Assembly (NCBI GenBank): GCA_963666275.2
Contig: CAXXOA010000001.1
Coordinates: 1,792,001-1,856,000 of the forward strand
DNA from: Oceanispirochaeta sp.
GTDB lineage: Bacteria; Spirochaetota; Spirochaetia; DSM-2461
Reading direction: 5' to 3'
DNA: 64,000 nucleotides
The notes beneath the pieces are model-generated. The model was given only the letters and a program-made list of their open reading frames with translations. It was not told where the DNA came from and searched no databases. How positions within the stretch are numbered: the first letter of the stretch is position 1; every line of letters starts with the position of its first letter. This document shows, piece by piece, positions 48,993 to 59,230 of this stretch. Position numbers and translations under genes: made by a program.

Positions 48993-49020
48993 TCGAAAGC
49001 ATAACATACGTTTAGTGTCC

Positions 49021-49073
49021 CCCGGCTTAATACTTTGCATGTGTATAGTATTAAGCCGGGCTTTTGTTTTTTT
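49021..49073 (+). terminator. Rho-independent terminator
   Basis: CCCGGCTTAATACT/AGTATTAAGCCGGG stem followed by a T-rich tail. Confidence 0.85.
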
Positions 49074-49179
49074 AAACTAAACACCCGTGTAGTGGTTGAA
49101 GATATAAAAGCTTGACGGACTGTAAAAAGGGGCTTAAAATTTCTCAGGATTTTTCATAAAACGTTAAAAGAAGGGAATA

Positions 49180-51846
49180 ATGAGTCAAGAAAAGTTAGTT
49201 TATTTTTTTGGTGGAGGATCAGCTGAGGGAAAAGCTGATATGAAAGATTTTCTGGGTGGAAAAGGGGCAAACCTGGCGGAAATGACCAATATAGGCATTC
49301 CTGTCCCTCCGGGATTTACAATCTCTACAAAAGTTTGTGATATATATTATAAAAACGAGAGGACCTATCCTGAATTCGTTGTAAAAGCCGTAGAAGAGAA
49401 CCTTAAAAAACTTGAATCTCAGATGAAAATGACTCTGGGTGATGCCGATAATCCTCTTCTTGTCTCTGTCCGTTCCGGTGCGGCTGTATCCATGCCCGGT
49501 ATGATGGATACGGTTCTGAACCTTGGGCTGACTGAAAAAGCCGTGGAAGGTCTGGCAAAAAAATCCGGTAATGAAAGATTTGCCTGGGATGCGTACAGAC
49601 GTTTTATCCAGATGTTCGGCGATGTTGTAAAGGGTGTTCCCCATTCCTCTTTTGAAGGGGCTCTGGAATCCATCAAAAAAGAAAAAGGCGTCGAGTATGA
49701 TAATGAGCTTGATGCGGCAGATCTGAAAAAGGTCGTCTCCCGGTATCTGTCAGTCTATAAGGATGCGGTGAAAGAACCTTTTCCTCAGGACCCTAAAGTT
49801 CAGCTCTGGGCAGCCATTGATGCTGTATTCGGCTCCTGGAATAATGAAAGAGCCATTAAATACAGAGATATTAATAAGATTGAAGGTCTTATCGGAACAG
49901 CTGTGAATGTACAGTCCATGGTTTTCGGAAACTTTGGCGATACTTCCGGTACAGGAGTCTGTTTTTCAAGAGATCCCTCTACAGGAGAAAACTACTTTTA
50001 CGGTGAGTATCTTATGAATGCCCAGGGAGAAGATGTCGTTGCGGGTATAAGAACCCCTCAGACTCTGAGTTCCCTTAAAGATAACAATCCTGCCGTGTAT
50101 GCACAGCTTGTTGAAATCAAGGACAGGCTGGAAAGTCACTACAGGGATATGCAGGATATGGAGTTTACCATCCAGGATGGACAGCTCTATCTCCTTCAGA
50201 CAAGAAATGGTAAAAGAACCGGCCAGGCCGCCGTACAGATTGCCTATGATCTTGTGAAAGAGAAAATGATAGACAAGGAAGAAGCTGTTATGAGGGTGAC
50301 ACCGGCGCAGCTTGACCAGCTCCTTCACCCCATGATCGATCCAAAAGTGAAAAACGAGATTAAGCCTATTGCAACAGGTCTCAATGCCTCTCCCGGCGCT
50401 GCAACAGGAAAAATTGTTTTTTCCGCGGAGGATGCAGAAGCCTGGTATCTGAGGGGAGAGCAGGTTGTTCTTGTCAGAAAGGAAACGTCTCCTGAAGATA
50501 TCGGAGGAATGAATGTTGCTCAGGGAATCCTGACTTCCACTGGAGGAATGACTTCTCACGCGGCTGTTGTTGCCAGAGGTATGGGAACACCCTGTGTGGC
50601 CGGTTGTAAGGAACTGACAGTGAATGAGCAGATGAAAACACTGACAGTGGGAGATAAGGTTTTCAATGAAGGAAACTGGATCTCTCTGGACGGTACAGAC
50701 GGACAGGTATATGAAGGAACTGTCAATCTTGTTCAGCCTGAACTGTCAGGTAATCTGAATACCTTCCTGACCTGGGCCGATGAGATCCGGAAAGCCGCCA
50801 AAAGAGAAGGGGTTGCCGACGGTTTTGAAATACGGACCAATGCGGATCTGCCCAAGGATGCGGAAAAAGGCCGGGAGTTCGGTGCGGAAGGTATCGGACT
50901 CTGCCGGACAGAGCATATGTTCTTTGATGAGGATAAACTGAAATCCTTCAGAATCATGATTGTGGCAGACAATAAAGAAAGACGTCTTGAGTCTCTCAAA
51001 AAGATCATGGCTCTTCAGGTGGAAGATTTTGAAGGTATTTTCCGCGCTATGAACGGACTTCCTGTCAATATCAGACTGCTTGATCCTCCTCTCCATGAGT
51101 TTGTTCCCCGTTCCAAACGGGATATTGTAGAACTGGCAGATACCATCGGTATCAGCAAGGAAGATCTGCAGATAAGACTGAACAGTCTTGAAGAGCAGAA
51201 CCCCATGCTGGGTCACAGAGGATGCCGTCTGGGTGTTACCTATCCTGAAATCTACGATATGCAGGTGGAGGCCATTGCCAGAGCAGCTGTGAAAGTTCAG
51301 AAAGAGGGTATCAAAGTCCTTCCTGAAATCATGATACCTCTTGTGGGGACCTATAAGGAATTTGTTCCTTTAAGAGAAAATGCAGAGAAGGTTCTGAAGA
51401 GTGTCTTTGAAGAAACCGGTGAATCCGTAGAGTATAAAATCGGAACGATGATTGAAATTCCCCGTGCGGCACTTACAGCCGAAGATATTGCAAAGTACGC
51501 GGACTATTTCTCTTTCGGTACCAACGATCTGACTCAGATGACCTTCGGCTACTCAAGAGATGATGTGGGAACTTTCGTACCCGAGTACATCAACAAGAAA
51601 ATCCTGAAGGCTGATCCTTTTCAGACTCTGGATCAGCATGGTGTGGGACTCCTAGTCGAACTGGGTGTTCAAAAAGGTCGTTCTACCAAAAAGGATCTGA
51701 AAACAAGTATCTGCGGTGAACATGGAGGAGATCCGGAATCTATCGATTTCTGCTATAGAACAGGTTTGAATACCGTATCCTGTTCTCCTTTCCGGGTGCC
51801 TGTAGCCCGACTGGCTGCCGCCCAGGCTGTCGTCAGAAACAGATAA
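49180..51846 (+). CDS. ppdK: Pyruvate, phosphate dikinase
   Basis: GGKGANLAEM, SVRSGA, GGMTSHAAVVARG, GIGLCRTEHMF, SFGTNDLTQ, ICGEHGG. Confidence 0.97.
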   Translation: MSQEKLVYFFGGGSAEGKADMKDFLGGKGANLAEMTNIGIPVPPGFTISTKVCDIYYKNERTYPEFVVKAVEENLKKLESQMKMTLGDADNPLLVSVRSGAAVSMPGMMDTVLNLGLTEKAVEGLAKKSGNERFAWDAYRRFIQMFGDVVKGVPHSSFEGALESIKKEKGVEYDNELDAADLKKVVSRYLSVYKDAVKEPFPQDPKVQLWAAIDAVFGSWNNERAIKYRDINKIEGLIGTAVNVQSMVFGNFGDTSGTGVCFSRDPSTGENYFYGEYLMNAQGEDVVAGIRTPQTLSSLKDNNPAVYAQLVEIKDRLESHYRDMQDMEFTIQDGQLYLLQTRNGKRTGQAAVQIAYDLVKEKMIDKEEAVMRVTPAQLDQLLHPMIDPKVKNEIKPIATGLNASPGAATGKIVFSAEDAEAWYLRGEQVVLVRKETSPEDIGGMNVAQGILTSTGGMTSHAAVVARGMGTPCVAGCKELTVNEQMKTLTVGDKVFNEGNWISLDGTDGQVYEGTVNLVQPELSGNLNTFLTWADEIRKAAKREGVADGFEIRTNADLPKDAEKGREFGAEGIGLCRTEHMFFDEDKLKSFRIMIVADNKERRLESLKKIMALQVEDFEGIFRAMNGLPVNIRLLDPPLHEFVPRSKRDIVELADTIGISKEDLQIRLNSLEEQNPMLGHRGCRLGVTYPEIYDMQVEAIARAAVKVQKEGIKVLPEIMIPLVGTYKEFVPLRENAEKVLKSVFEETGESVEYKIGTMIEIPRAALTAEDIAKYADYFSFGTNDLTQMTFGYSRDDVGTFVPEYINKKILKADPFQTLDQHGVGLLVELGVQKGRSTKKDLKTSICGEHGGDPESIDFCYRTGLNTVSCSPFRVPVARLAAAQAVVRNR

Positions 51847-51897
51847 TATTCTGTATTTAAAGGTCTGAATTTTCAGCCTTTTTATAGTATTTGTGTT

Positions 51898-51933
51898 AAG
51901 GGATCACCGGTGTTACCGGCGGTCCCTTTTTTT
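51898..51933 (+). terminator. Rho-independent terminator after ppdK
   Basis: AAGGGATCACCGGT/ACCGGCGGTCCC stem followed by T7. Confidence 0.75.
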
Positions 51934-52034
51934 GTCCTTTCCCTTCCGCTATTTAGGATCAGTAACTATTGACAATATCTGTATATATCTCTAACGTTCT
52001 TCTCTGAAGACAATATTGATTTGAGGAGTTTTTT

Positions 52035-53672
52035 TTGATTACAGCTAGTAATATCACCCTTTCTTTCGGACATAGAGTACTGTTCAAAGATGTTAATATA
52101 AAGTTTACGCCGGGAAACTGTTATGGTCTCATTGGAGCAAACGGCTCCGGAAAATCTACGTTTCTTAAAATTCTCTCCGGAGAGATAGAACAGGACACAG
52201 GAGAAGTTATTATTCCTCCCGGAATGCGTCTGGCCGTACTGGCTCAGGACCATTTCGCCTTCAATGATTTTACTGTTCTGCATACAGTCATTATGGGTCA
52301 TAAAAAACTGTATGAGGTAATGACCGAAAAAGATGCGATTTACATGAAAGAAGACTTCACTGATGAAGACGGTATCCGTGCTTCTGAACTGGAGGCTGAA
52401 TTTGCCGATCTGAACGGATGGGAAGCGGAAAGTGAAGCGGGAACACTCCTGGCCGGTCTGGGTGTTCCCGAAGATTTTATGGACAAACAGATGAAGGACG
52501 TGGATGACACCTATAAGGTCAGGATCCTTCTGGCACAGGCCATCTTCGGTAATCCTGACATTCTGCTCCTGGACGAACCGACAAACCACCTGGATATCGA
52601 ATCCATCAAATGGCTTGAAAATTTTCTTTTCAACTTTCAGAACACTGTTATTGTTGTTTCCCATGACAGACACTTTCTGAATAAAGTCTGTACCCATATT
52701 GCGGATATTGACTACAACAAGATACAGGTTTATGTGGGTAACTATATGTTCTGGCAGCAGGCCAGTCAGATGGCTGCTGCACAGCGAAAGGATCAGGCCA
52801 AAAAACAGGAAGCCAAAGCGGCTGAGCTGAAGGCCTTTATTCAGCGATTCTCTGCCAATGCGGCCAAGAGTAAACAGGCTACGTCCCGTAAAAAAGAACT
52901 TGAGAAGCTTGAACTCAATGAATTGCCCAGAACGTCACGGCGCTTTCCCTATGTTGCCTTTGAACCTGAACGGGAACCGGGGAAGATTATCCTTGAAGTA
53001 GAAGGACTTTCAAAAACAGTCGACGGTGAAAAACTCTTTGAAAATCTGGATTTCTTTGTAGATAGTACCGATAAAATCGGATTTGTCGGGCCTGACAATC
53101 AGGCCAAAACAGCGTTTATGGAAATTATCATGGGTAATATGGAACCCGATGCTGGTACTTTCAACTGGGGAGTGACAACGACAACATCCTATTTTCCGAA
53201 AGATAATACGGAATTTTTTGATACAGACGAGAACATGACAGAGTGGCTCAGAAAATATTCTAAAGAACAGGATGACTCCTATGTCAGAGGCTTTCTGGGA
53301 AGGATGCTTTTTTCCGGAGATGAGTCTCTGAAAAAGGTCAATATCCTCTCGGGAGGGGAAAAGGTCCGCTGTATGCTTTCAAAAATGATGCTCAGCGAAC
53401 CCAATGTGGTTGTCATGGATGATCCCACTGCTCACCTTGACCTGGAATCTATCACCTCCCTGAATAATGGCCTGATTGATTTTAAAGGGGTTGTTATCTT
53501 CTCCAGTCATGACCATCAGTTCATAAATACTGTGGCCAACAGGATTGTGGAGTTCACTCCGGGGGGAGTTATTGACCGGAGGATGACTTTTGAAGAATAC
53601 CTTGAATCTGCAGATGTGAATGCTCTGAGAGATAAAATGTATGGGGGCAGCCATCAGCGGATGATGCTCTAG
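52035..53672 (+). CDS. ABC-F family ATPase (YbiT-like)
   Basis: Tandem ABC domains (GANGSGKST, LDEPTNHLD, VSHDRHFL; LSGGEK) and no TM segments. Confidence 0.92.
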   Translation: MITASNITLSFGHRVLFKDVNIKFTPGNCYGLIGANGSGKSTFLKILSGEIEQDTGEVIIPPGMRLAVLAQDHFAFNDFTVLHTVIMGHKKLYEVMTEKDAIYMKEDFTDEDGIRASELEAEFADLNGWEAESEAGTLLAGLGVPEDFMDKQMKDVDDTYKVRILLAQAIFGNPDILLLDEPTNHLDIESIKWLENFLFNFQNTVIVVSHDRHFLNKVCTHIADIDYNKIQVYVGNYMFWQQASQMAAAQRKDQAKKQEAKAAELKAFIQRFSANAAKSKQATSRKKELEKLELNELPRTSRRFPYVAFEPEREPGKIILEVEGLSKTVDGEKLFENLDFFVDSTDKIGFVGPDNQAKTAFMEIIMGNMEPDAGTFNWGVTTTTSYFPKDNTEFFDTDENMTEWLRKYSKEQDDSYVRGFLGRMLFSGDESLKKVNILSGGEKVRCMLSKMMLSEPNVVVMDDPTAHLDLESITSLNNGLIDFKGVVIFSSHDHQFINTVANRIVEFTPGGVIDRRMTFEEYLESADVNALRDKMYGGSHQRMML

Positions 53673-53680
53673 CAGAAAGA

Positions 53681-53710
53681 GGGGACTGTATTCTTACAGT
53701 CCCTTTTTTT
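53681..53710 (+). terminator. Rho-independent terminator
   Basis: GGGACTGTA/TACAGTCCC stem followed by T7. Confidence 0.75.
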
Positions 53711-53726
53711 AAGGAGGATTTCCTGT

Positions 53727-54278
53727 ATGTTTCTGGAAACCGAACGACTGATCATACGCTCCCTGAAGGCCGAAGATATTCCGGCCCTGCAGGATTATTA
53801 CATAAGGAATCGTGATTTTCTTCAGCCCTGGGAACCTTTAAGGAACGAAAGCTACTACTCCCGGGAATCCCTTGCAAATATGGTAAAAGCTGAAGAGATT
53901 GAAGAGATCCGCCGGAAAGCATTCAGGGGATATCTGTTTCTCAAAGAGACTTCACAGAAGATCATAGGTTTCACAGGCCTGACAAACATCCAGTCCGCTT
54001 ACGATCAATCCGCTCGGGTAGGGTATAAACTTGATAAACAGTATATCAATAAAGGTTATATAACCGAGGCTCTGGTATCCCTGATAAGCTTTGGATTTCA
54101 GACAGAATCTCTGCACAGGCTGGAAGCCCATGTGATGCCGAAAAACCTGGCGTCACAGAGAGTAATGGAGAAACTGCATTTCAAAAAAGAGGGAGTGAGT
54201 CTTCATTTCAGAAAAATCAATGGTGCCTGGGAAGATCATATTCTCTATGCCCTGATTAATTCAGGAGTGGAGATCTAG
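53727..54278 (+). CDS. GNAT N-acetyltransferase, RimJ/RimL family
   Basis: LETERLIIR, LHRLEAHVMPKNLASQRVMEKL, INGAWEDH. Confidence 0.88.
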   Translation: MFLETERLIIRSLKAEDIPALQDYYIRNRDFLQPWEPLRNESYYSRESLANMVKAEEIEEIRRKAFRGYLFLKETSQKIIGFTGLTNIQSAYDQSARVGYKLDKQYINKGYITEALVSLISFGFQTESLHRLEAHVMPKNLASQRVMEKLHFKKEGVSLHFRKINGAWEDHILYALINSGVEI

Positions 54279-54280
54279 TC

Positions 54281-54940
54281 TCAGTCGTTCCCCTTATAGA
54301 GCGGCATATGAAGGGATAATACCGCAAAGCCGGATGAGAGATCTTCCATGACAACAAGTATATTGTCTCTGACTTTCAATTTTATATTGGTAAAGTTCCA
54401 TATTGCCTTGATATCCGTATCATTGAGGATATCTGCCACAGACTGGGCATGTACGGGAGGAACAGTCAGAATTGCCAGAGTGGCTTTGGTTTCTGCAATG
54501 ATCTGAACCAGATTATTTATATCCTGGATGATAAGACCGTTTTTTTCTTTTCCGATTTTATTTTCGTCAGCATCAGTAATGGCTACAATATTCAGACCAT
54601 GGTTTTTCAGTTCACGATATCCCATGAGAGCGGATCCGAGGTTTCCTGATCCGATAATGACGGCTTTATGGGCTTTATCCCAGTTGAGAAACGCCTCGAT
54701 AGACTGAATCAGATCTGAGACCTGATAACCGATCCGGGGCTTTCCTGTAATACCGGTAACCGCAAGATCTTTTCTTACCTGTATGGGTTCCAGGTCCAGA
54801 TCTTTTGCTATGGTGGTTGCCGATATGATGGAAACACCATCCTCTTCCGCTCTTTTCACTAAATTCAAATAAGAGGGTAATCTTTTTATTGTGGGTATGC
54901 TTGCTACTGATTGCTTGAAATTTTCACTAATTTTGCTCAT
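54281..54940 (-). CDS. rex: Redox-sensing transcriptional repressor Rex
   Basis: TIKRLPSY, QVRKDLA..G..G..GY, IIGSGNLGSAL, AILTVP, IWNFT. Confidence 0.92.
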   Translation of the reverse strand: MSKISENFKQSVASIPTIKRLPSYLNLVKRAEEDGVSIISATTIAKDLDLEPIQVRKDLAVTGITGKPRIGYQVSDLIQSIEAFLNWDKAHKAVIIGSGNLGSALMGYRELKNHGLNIVAITDADENKIGKEKNGLIIQDINNLVQIIAETKATLAILTVPPVHAQSVADILNDTDIKAIWNFTNIKLKVRDNILVVMEDLSSGFAVLSLHMPLYKGND

Positions 54941-54985
54941 ATATCTTTCCGTTGGAACCTATTATTGGCATAATACTATTATAAT

Positions 54986-56155
54986 ATGAAAAAAATGAAA
55001 AGATGGATTTCATCAGGAAATGCATCAGAAGAGAATATATTGCAGAATATTTATATAGAAACGATTGTTTCCGGAGGCGATGGCCTTGCCAGAGCAGAAG
55101 GGAAAGTTGTGTTTGTACCACTTGTCATTCCCGGCGAAACTATCGATTTATCGATTATTGAAGAGAAGAAAAAATTTCGCAGGGGCATCTGCCGTCAAAT
55201 TATTAAACCCTCCGAACATCGTTTGGAACCGTTCTGTCCTTACTATGGAGTCTGCGGAGGCTGTAATCTCCAGCATATGGATTATGATTATCAGTTACAG
55301 GTAAAAAAGGAGATCCTTAAAGATCTTTTCAGAAAGTTTGCCGGTATAGAGCTGCATCAGGACGTCAGGTTTGTTCCTTCACCACCTCTCGCATACAGAC
55401 ATAGAATTCAGATCCATTCAGATGGTAAAGCTGTGGGCTTTAAAAAGCGGGGCAGTGATGCGATTGCCGCGATAGAGAAATGCCCTCTTCTGACAGAACC
55501 CCTGAATTCCCATATAGCTGCACTGTCTCCCGATTCTTTCCGGGGGCGGAAAATGCTCTTTAACCAGGGAGATTCCATTTTCGAAGAGGGTGATGAGAGA
55601 GAGATCTCCTACGAACTCCTCGACAGAACAATCCGCTTCCGGGCGGATCTCTTTTTTCAGAGCAACCATTTCCTCCTTCCTGAACTTGTCAAATATGTTA
55701 TGGAGGATCTTTCACCGGGAGAGGAAGCTCTGGACCTCTACTGCGGAACCGGACTGTTTTCCCTTTTCCTGAAAGACAGGTATAAAAAAATTACAGCCAT
55801 TGAAATGAATCCTCTTACAGAAAAATACTATCACAGTAATATGAAAGGGAGCGATTACAGCTATTACGGATTTTCACTGGAACAGTGGATCAGGAAAGGC
55901 CTTCACAGGAAGCATCGCCATCTTGACCTTGTGATTGTTGATCCTCCCCGGACCGGTCTTTCAGAATCTGTCAGATCATTCCTGACGCAGTGTTCCATCG
56001 ATAAACTTATCTATGTCTCCTGTGATCCTGTGACTCAGGCAAGAGATACAAAGATTCTTCTGGAAAAGGGATATATAATGGAGGATATGCGCGGGTTTGA
56101 TTTCTACCCCCATTCAAATCATATGGAAAATGTGGTGAAATTCACCAGGAACTGA
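54986..56155 (+). CDS. RNA (uracil-5)-methyltransferase, RlmD/TrmA family
   Basis: TRAM-like N-terminus, CPYYGVCGGC, FFQSN, LDLYCGTG, VDPPRTG, YVSCDP..ARD. Start uncertain. Confidence 0.88.
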   Translation: MKKMKRWISSGNASEENILQNIYIETIVSGGDGLARAEGKVVFVPLVIPGETIDLSIIEEKKKFRRGICRQIIKPSEHRLEPFCPYYGVCGGCNLQHMDYDYQLQVKKEILKDLFRKFAGIELHQDVRFVPSPPLAYRHRIQIHSDGKAVGFKKRGSDAIAAIEKCPLLTEPLNSHIAALSPDSFRGRKMLFNQGDSIFEEGDEREISYELLDRTIRFRADLFFQSNHFLLPELVKYVMEDLSPGEEALDLYCGTGLFSLFLKDRYKKITAIEMNPLTEKYYHSNMKGSDYSYYGFSLEQWIRKGLHRKHRHLDLVIVDPPRTGLSESVRSFLTQCSIDKLIYVSCDPVTQARDTKILLEKGYIMEDMRGFDFYPHSNHMENVVKFTRN

Positions 56156-56160
56156 TCATA

Positions 56161-57591
56161 ATGAACCGGAGATACACGATACTGCTGATTCTCTCCCTGC
56201 TGCTTCAGAATCTGACTGCCGCTACCTGGGAAACAGCTATTGCCGGTGTGATTACGACCCCTCCCGCGGAAGGACTGGACGGTAGAATTTTCTGTACGGC
56301 AGATGACAGGGCTCTTCACGCCCTGAATGGTGTAAGCGGCCGGGAGTACTGGAGTTACCGTCCCGGCAGAAAACTCATCGGGTATACAACGGTCTCACCC
56401 GACGGAATCATCTATATACAGACCGAAAGAAATGAACTGATTGCTGTCAGTCCCGGAGGATGGGAGCTCTGGAGGTATTCCCTGGGAGCTGCGCCTGCAG
56501 CGGCCCCTGCAATTGATCCTTTCGGTCGAATCTTTATTCTGACTGGAGATCATATCCTCCATATACTAGACAGGCTGGGCAGAGGAGAAAAATACAGATT
56601 CCCCTCTGCTGACTATAGCGGGCTCTACAGTTTTGATAACCATCTTGTATTGAAAACCTCTGATACCCTTGAAATCTATACCCTGCCGGACAAACTGGAG
56701 AAAACTATCGATATTGCCGTTGAATATCTTCTGATCAGAGAAGATTCCTTCACTTTGAAGGGAAAAAACGGGGCATGGAATTCTCTGGATTTCAATGATT
56801 TTTCTCTGCAGAGTATTCAGCCTCCTGTAGATGAGGGACTCCTTTATCCCCAGCCTGAACTCCTTATTACAGATGCGGGAAGGATTGTCTCGGGCAGAAA
56901 AGACTGGTTTATGGAAGCCTATCAGGAAGGCATAGACTCCTATGAGAGTTATTTTCAGTTCGGCTGCAATTCATCCCGGACCAATTCTCCCCGGATAAAT
57001 CTTCTTTCCGCGGAAAAGGACAGACTCTTTGCCCGGGGATACAGCGACTTTATCCTGGATGATCCTTCCTATCTGAATGAGATCCTGAAAGAACTGGAAG
57101 ATCAGAAGACCTTTCACCAGCTCTTAAACAATCATCCCGATTATGACCTGTTTCTGCAGGAACTTCTCAAAAACCGGGCCATCATCAACAACTACAGGGA
57201 AAACCCTGTTTCACCCGATCTCTACAGCCAGTTCCGGATGTACCTTCTTCTGACTCGCTGGGGAGATCTCAGAACCCGAGATGCCGTCATAGGGCTTAGC
57301 CGTCTGGAAGACGATCCTGTCAGTCTTTCCATTCTGATTACTGGCCTTGGAAGGATCGGAGCCGACAGGGACGGAAGGAGCATGAATGCCATATTTGATA
57401 TAATACGCCGGGAGAGGGGAAATGAAGCCCTCTATCAGAACGCCCTGAAAGCGGCATTCGAAATCGGCCGTTACAACGGGGAAAACTCCATGATAACATT
57501 TTTTCAGATATTGCAGTTTGTCACTGATCAGACACGTTCTCCTTCTACGAAAAATTTAATACAGCAGATTATCAGGGAAATTCATAACTGA
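56161..57591 (+). CDS. Secreted PQQ-like beta-propeller plus helical-repeat protein
   Basis: Signal peptide; ALNGVSGREYW and AVSPGGWELW propeller repeats; HEAT-like C-terminus. Confidence 0.65.
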   Translation: MNRRYTILLILSLLLQNLTAATWETAIAGVITTPPAEGLDGRIFCTADDRALHALNGVSGREYWSYRPGRKLIGYTTVSPDGIIYIQTERNELIAVSPGGWELWRYSLGAAPAAAPAIDPFGRIFILTGDHILHILDRLGRGEKYRFPSADYSGLYSFDNHLVLKTSDTLEIYTLPDKLEKTIDIAVEYLLIREDSFTLKGKNGAWNSLDFNDFSLQSIQPPVDEGLLYPQPELLITDAGRIVSGRKDWFMEAYQEGIDSYESYFQFGCNSSRTNSPRINLLSAEKDRLFARGYSDFILDDPSYLNEILKELEDQKTFHQLLNNHPDYDLFLQELLKNRAIINNYRENPVSPDLYSQFRMYLLLTRWGDLRTRDAVIGLSRLEDDPVSLSILITGLGRIGADRDGRSMNAIFDIIRRERGNEALYQNALKAAFEIGRYNGENSMITFFQILQFVTDQTRSPSTKNLIQQIIREIHN

Positions 57592-57677
57592 AAAGATAGT
57601 GAAAAAACAAGCTGATTTTTCTTGATATCATTCCTATAATAATAAGTAATCGTTAAGAAATCAGAGGGAGCTGTCAA

Positions 57678-59207
57678 TTGAAGAAATCTATTGCTCTATT
57701 GTTTATGGTCCTATCCTTTCTGCTTCCAGTTACGGCCCAGACCGTTTCTGAAGAAGAGATCCTTTCTATAAGTGATCAGACCGGGGATATCCTTTTTGAA
57801 AACTATGTCGGTCCCGTTACAGTCTTCAATACCCGGGAGGAAATCACCGGGATAGGGCTTTTTCTGGGCACCAGGAGTTCAGAATCTCCGTCTTGGGGAA
57901 ATAAATATCAGCTGTATCACTCCTATCAGCCCGAAATTCCTGAAGGGCTGGATGGAGACATCCTTGTCCTTCTTCCCGATGCGGGGGTGGATCATATCAG
58001 AAATCTGAGGATGATCCTTTCCGGGTATCTGCAGGGAGTATACAGCTACGAACAGAAACGGGCGGACGTACTGGCAGAGTTTATAACCTATTACAATGCC
58101 ATCTACTACAAAAACCTCACCCATTTCACTTCACGGTACAAAGAGGGAGTTCTCCAGTATCTTTCAGCCCAGAATGCCGGATTATCAACACATTTCAGTG
58201 AATGGGCCGGAAAATCCAGGATTGTAATACCGGTAAAGTCAGACAGGGCTCTTCAGGAGGATCAGGAGGCTCAACCCGGACTGGATACCTCTATTATTTC
58301 CCAGCCGGAAGTGGTTGAGGAAATGCGGAAAGAAGAGGATAAAGCTCTTGATACCAGAAAAGAGATGGTTGAGATCCGGGAGGAAGAGCTGGATCAGCAG
58401 CAGGAGGTTCTGGACCGGAAACAGGATGAACTCCAGCAGGAGGAGAACGCTGTTGACGAGCAGATCAGAGAACAGCAGGAAATAATTGCATCCGCAGAAG
58501 AGGACTCTCCGGAAGCACAGGAGGCTCAGGAAGAGCTCAAAACCCTGGAAGAGGAAAAGGAAGTCATCCAGGAGGAAAAGGAAGTTCTGGAGGAGAAACA
58601 GGAAGAGATCCGCAAGGAACAGGAAGAGGTCTTTGAAATGCGAGAGGATATCGCGGAGGATGAGAATACCCTGAACCGCCAGGAGGACGTTATTCCTTCG
58701 GCCGGGCTGATAGCTTCTAGCGACACAAAAGCTCTCTGGTTTATTAAAATAGACGAATCAGGAACCCCCTCTTCTTTCGGGCGTCTGTGTAAAATTGCAG
58801 AGAACGGGGAGATCCTTCAGGAATCCCCTTTAAACAGTATCCGGGGAAATTCCATTATTGATTCGGGAGAGAACATCGTTGTGATCGCCGGAAATGAAGG
58901 GGCTAATACCAGCGTAAAACCCGTACTGATTGACAAGGAAACCCTGGAAGTTGCCAAACAGGGAGATCTGGCTGTTTATGCCGGAAACAGGATATGGACA
59001 GATGACAGGAATCTCTTTATTATAACCCGCAATAATTCGGACTGGGTTCTTGGTAAATATACCTATGATTTGGTTTTACAGGAGACCAGTGAAATCAGGA
59101 TACATCCTGATACGCCAATACTTTTCGATGGGGATTCGGTATTGATTCAAAATGCGAATGGAGACATTTCAGTTTTATCTGTACAGGATCTTTCAGAAAT
59201 ACAATGA
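57678..59207 (+). CDS. P83/100 family spirochaete antigen
   Basis: FENYVGP, DGDILVL..AGVDHIRNLRMILSGYL, LAEFITYYNA, EWAGKSRIVIP, then an acidic coiled coil. Confidence 0.8.
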   Translation: MKKSIALLFMVLSFLLPVTAQTVSEEEILSISDQTGDILFENYVGPVTVFNTREEITGIGLFLGTRSSESPSWGNKYQLYHSYQPEIPEGLDGDILVLLPDAGVDHIRNLRMILSGYLQGVYSYEQKRADVLAEFITYYNAIYYKNLTHFTSRYKEGVLQYLSAQNAGLSTHFSEWAGKSRIVIPVKSDRALQEDQEAQPGLDTSIISQPEVVEEMRKEEDKALDTRKEMVEIREEELDQQQEVLDRKQDELQQEENAVDEQIREQQEIIASAEEDSPEAQEAQEELKTLEEEKEVIQEEKEVLEEKQEEIRKEQEEVFEMREDIAEDENTLNRQEDVIPSAGLIASSDTKALWFIKIDESGTPSSFGRLCKIAENGEILQESPLNSIRGNSIIDSGENIVVIAGNEGANTSVKPVLIDKETLEVAKQGDLAVYAGNRIWTDDRNLFIITRNNSDWVLGKYTYDLVLQETSEIRIHPDTPILFDGDSVLIQNANGDISVLSVQDLSEIQ

Positions 59208-59230
59208 GATTACACAGATAAGGAGCTCAA

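Noticed and set aside
58250..58690. GAG/CAG-rich repetitive stretch in the P83/100 gene
   Set aside because: Encodes an acidic coiled coil; no fixed repeat unit or spacers, so not CRISPR or a VNTR.
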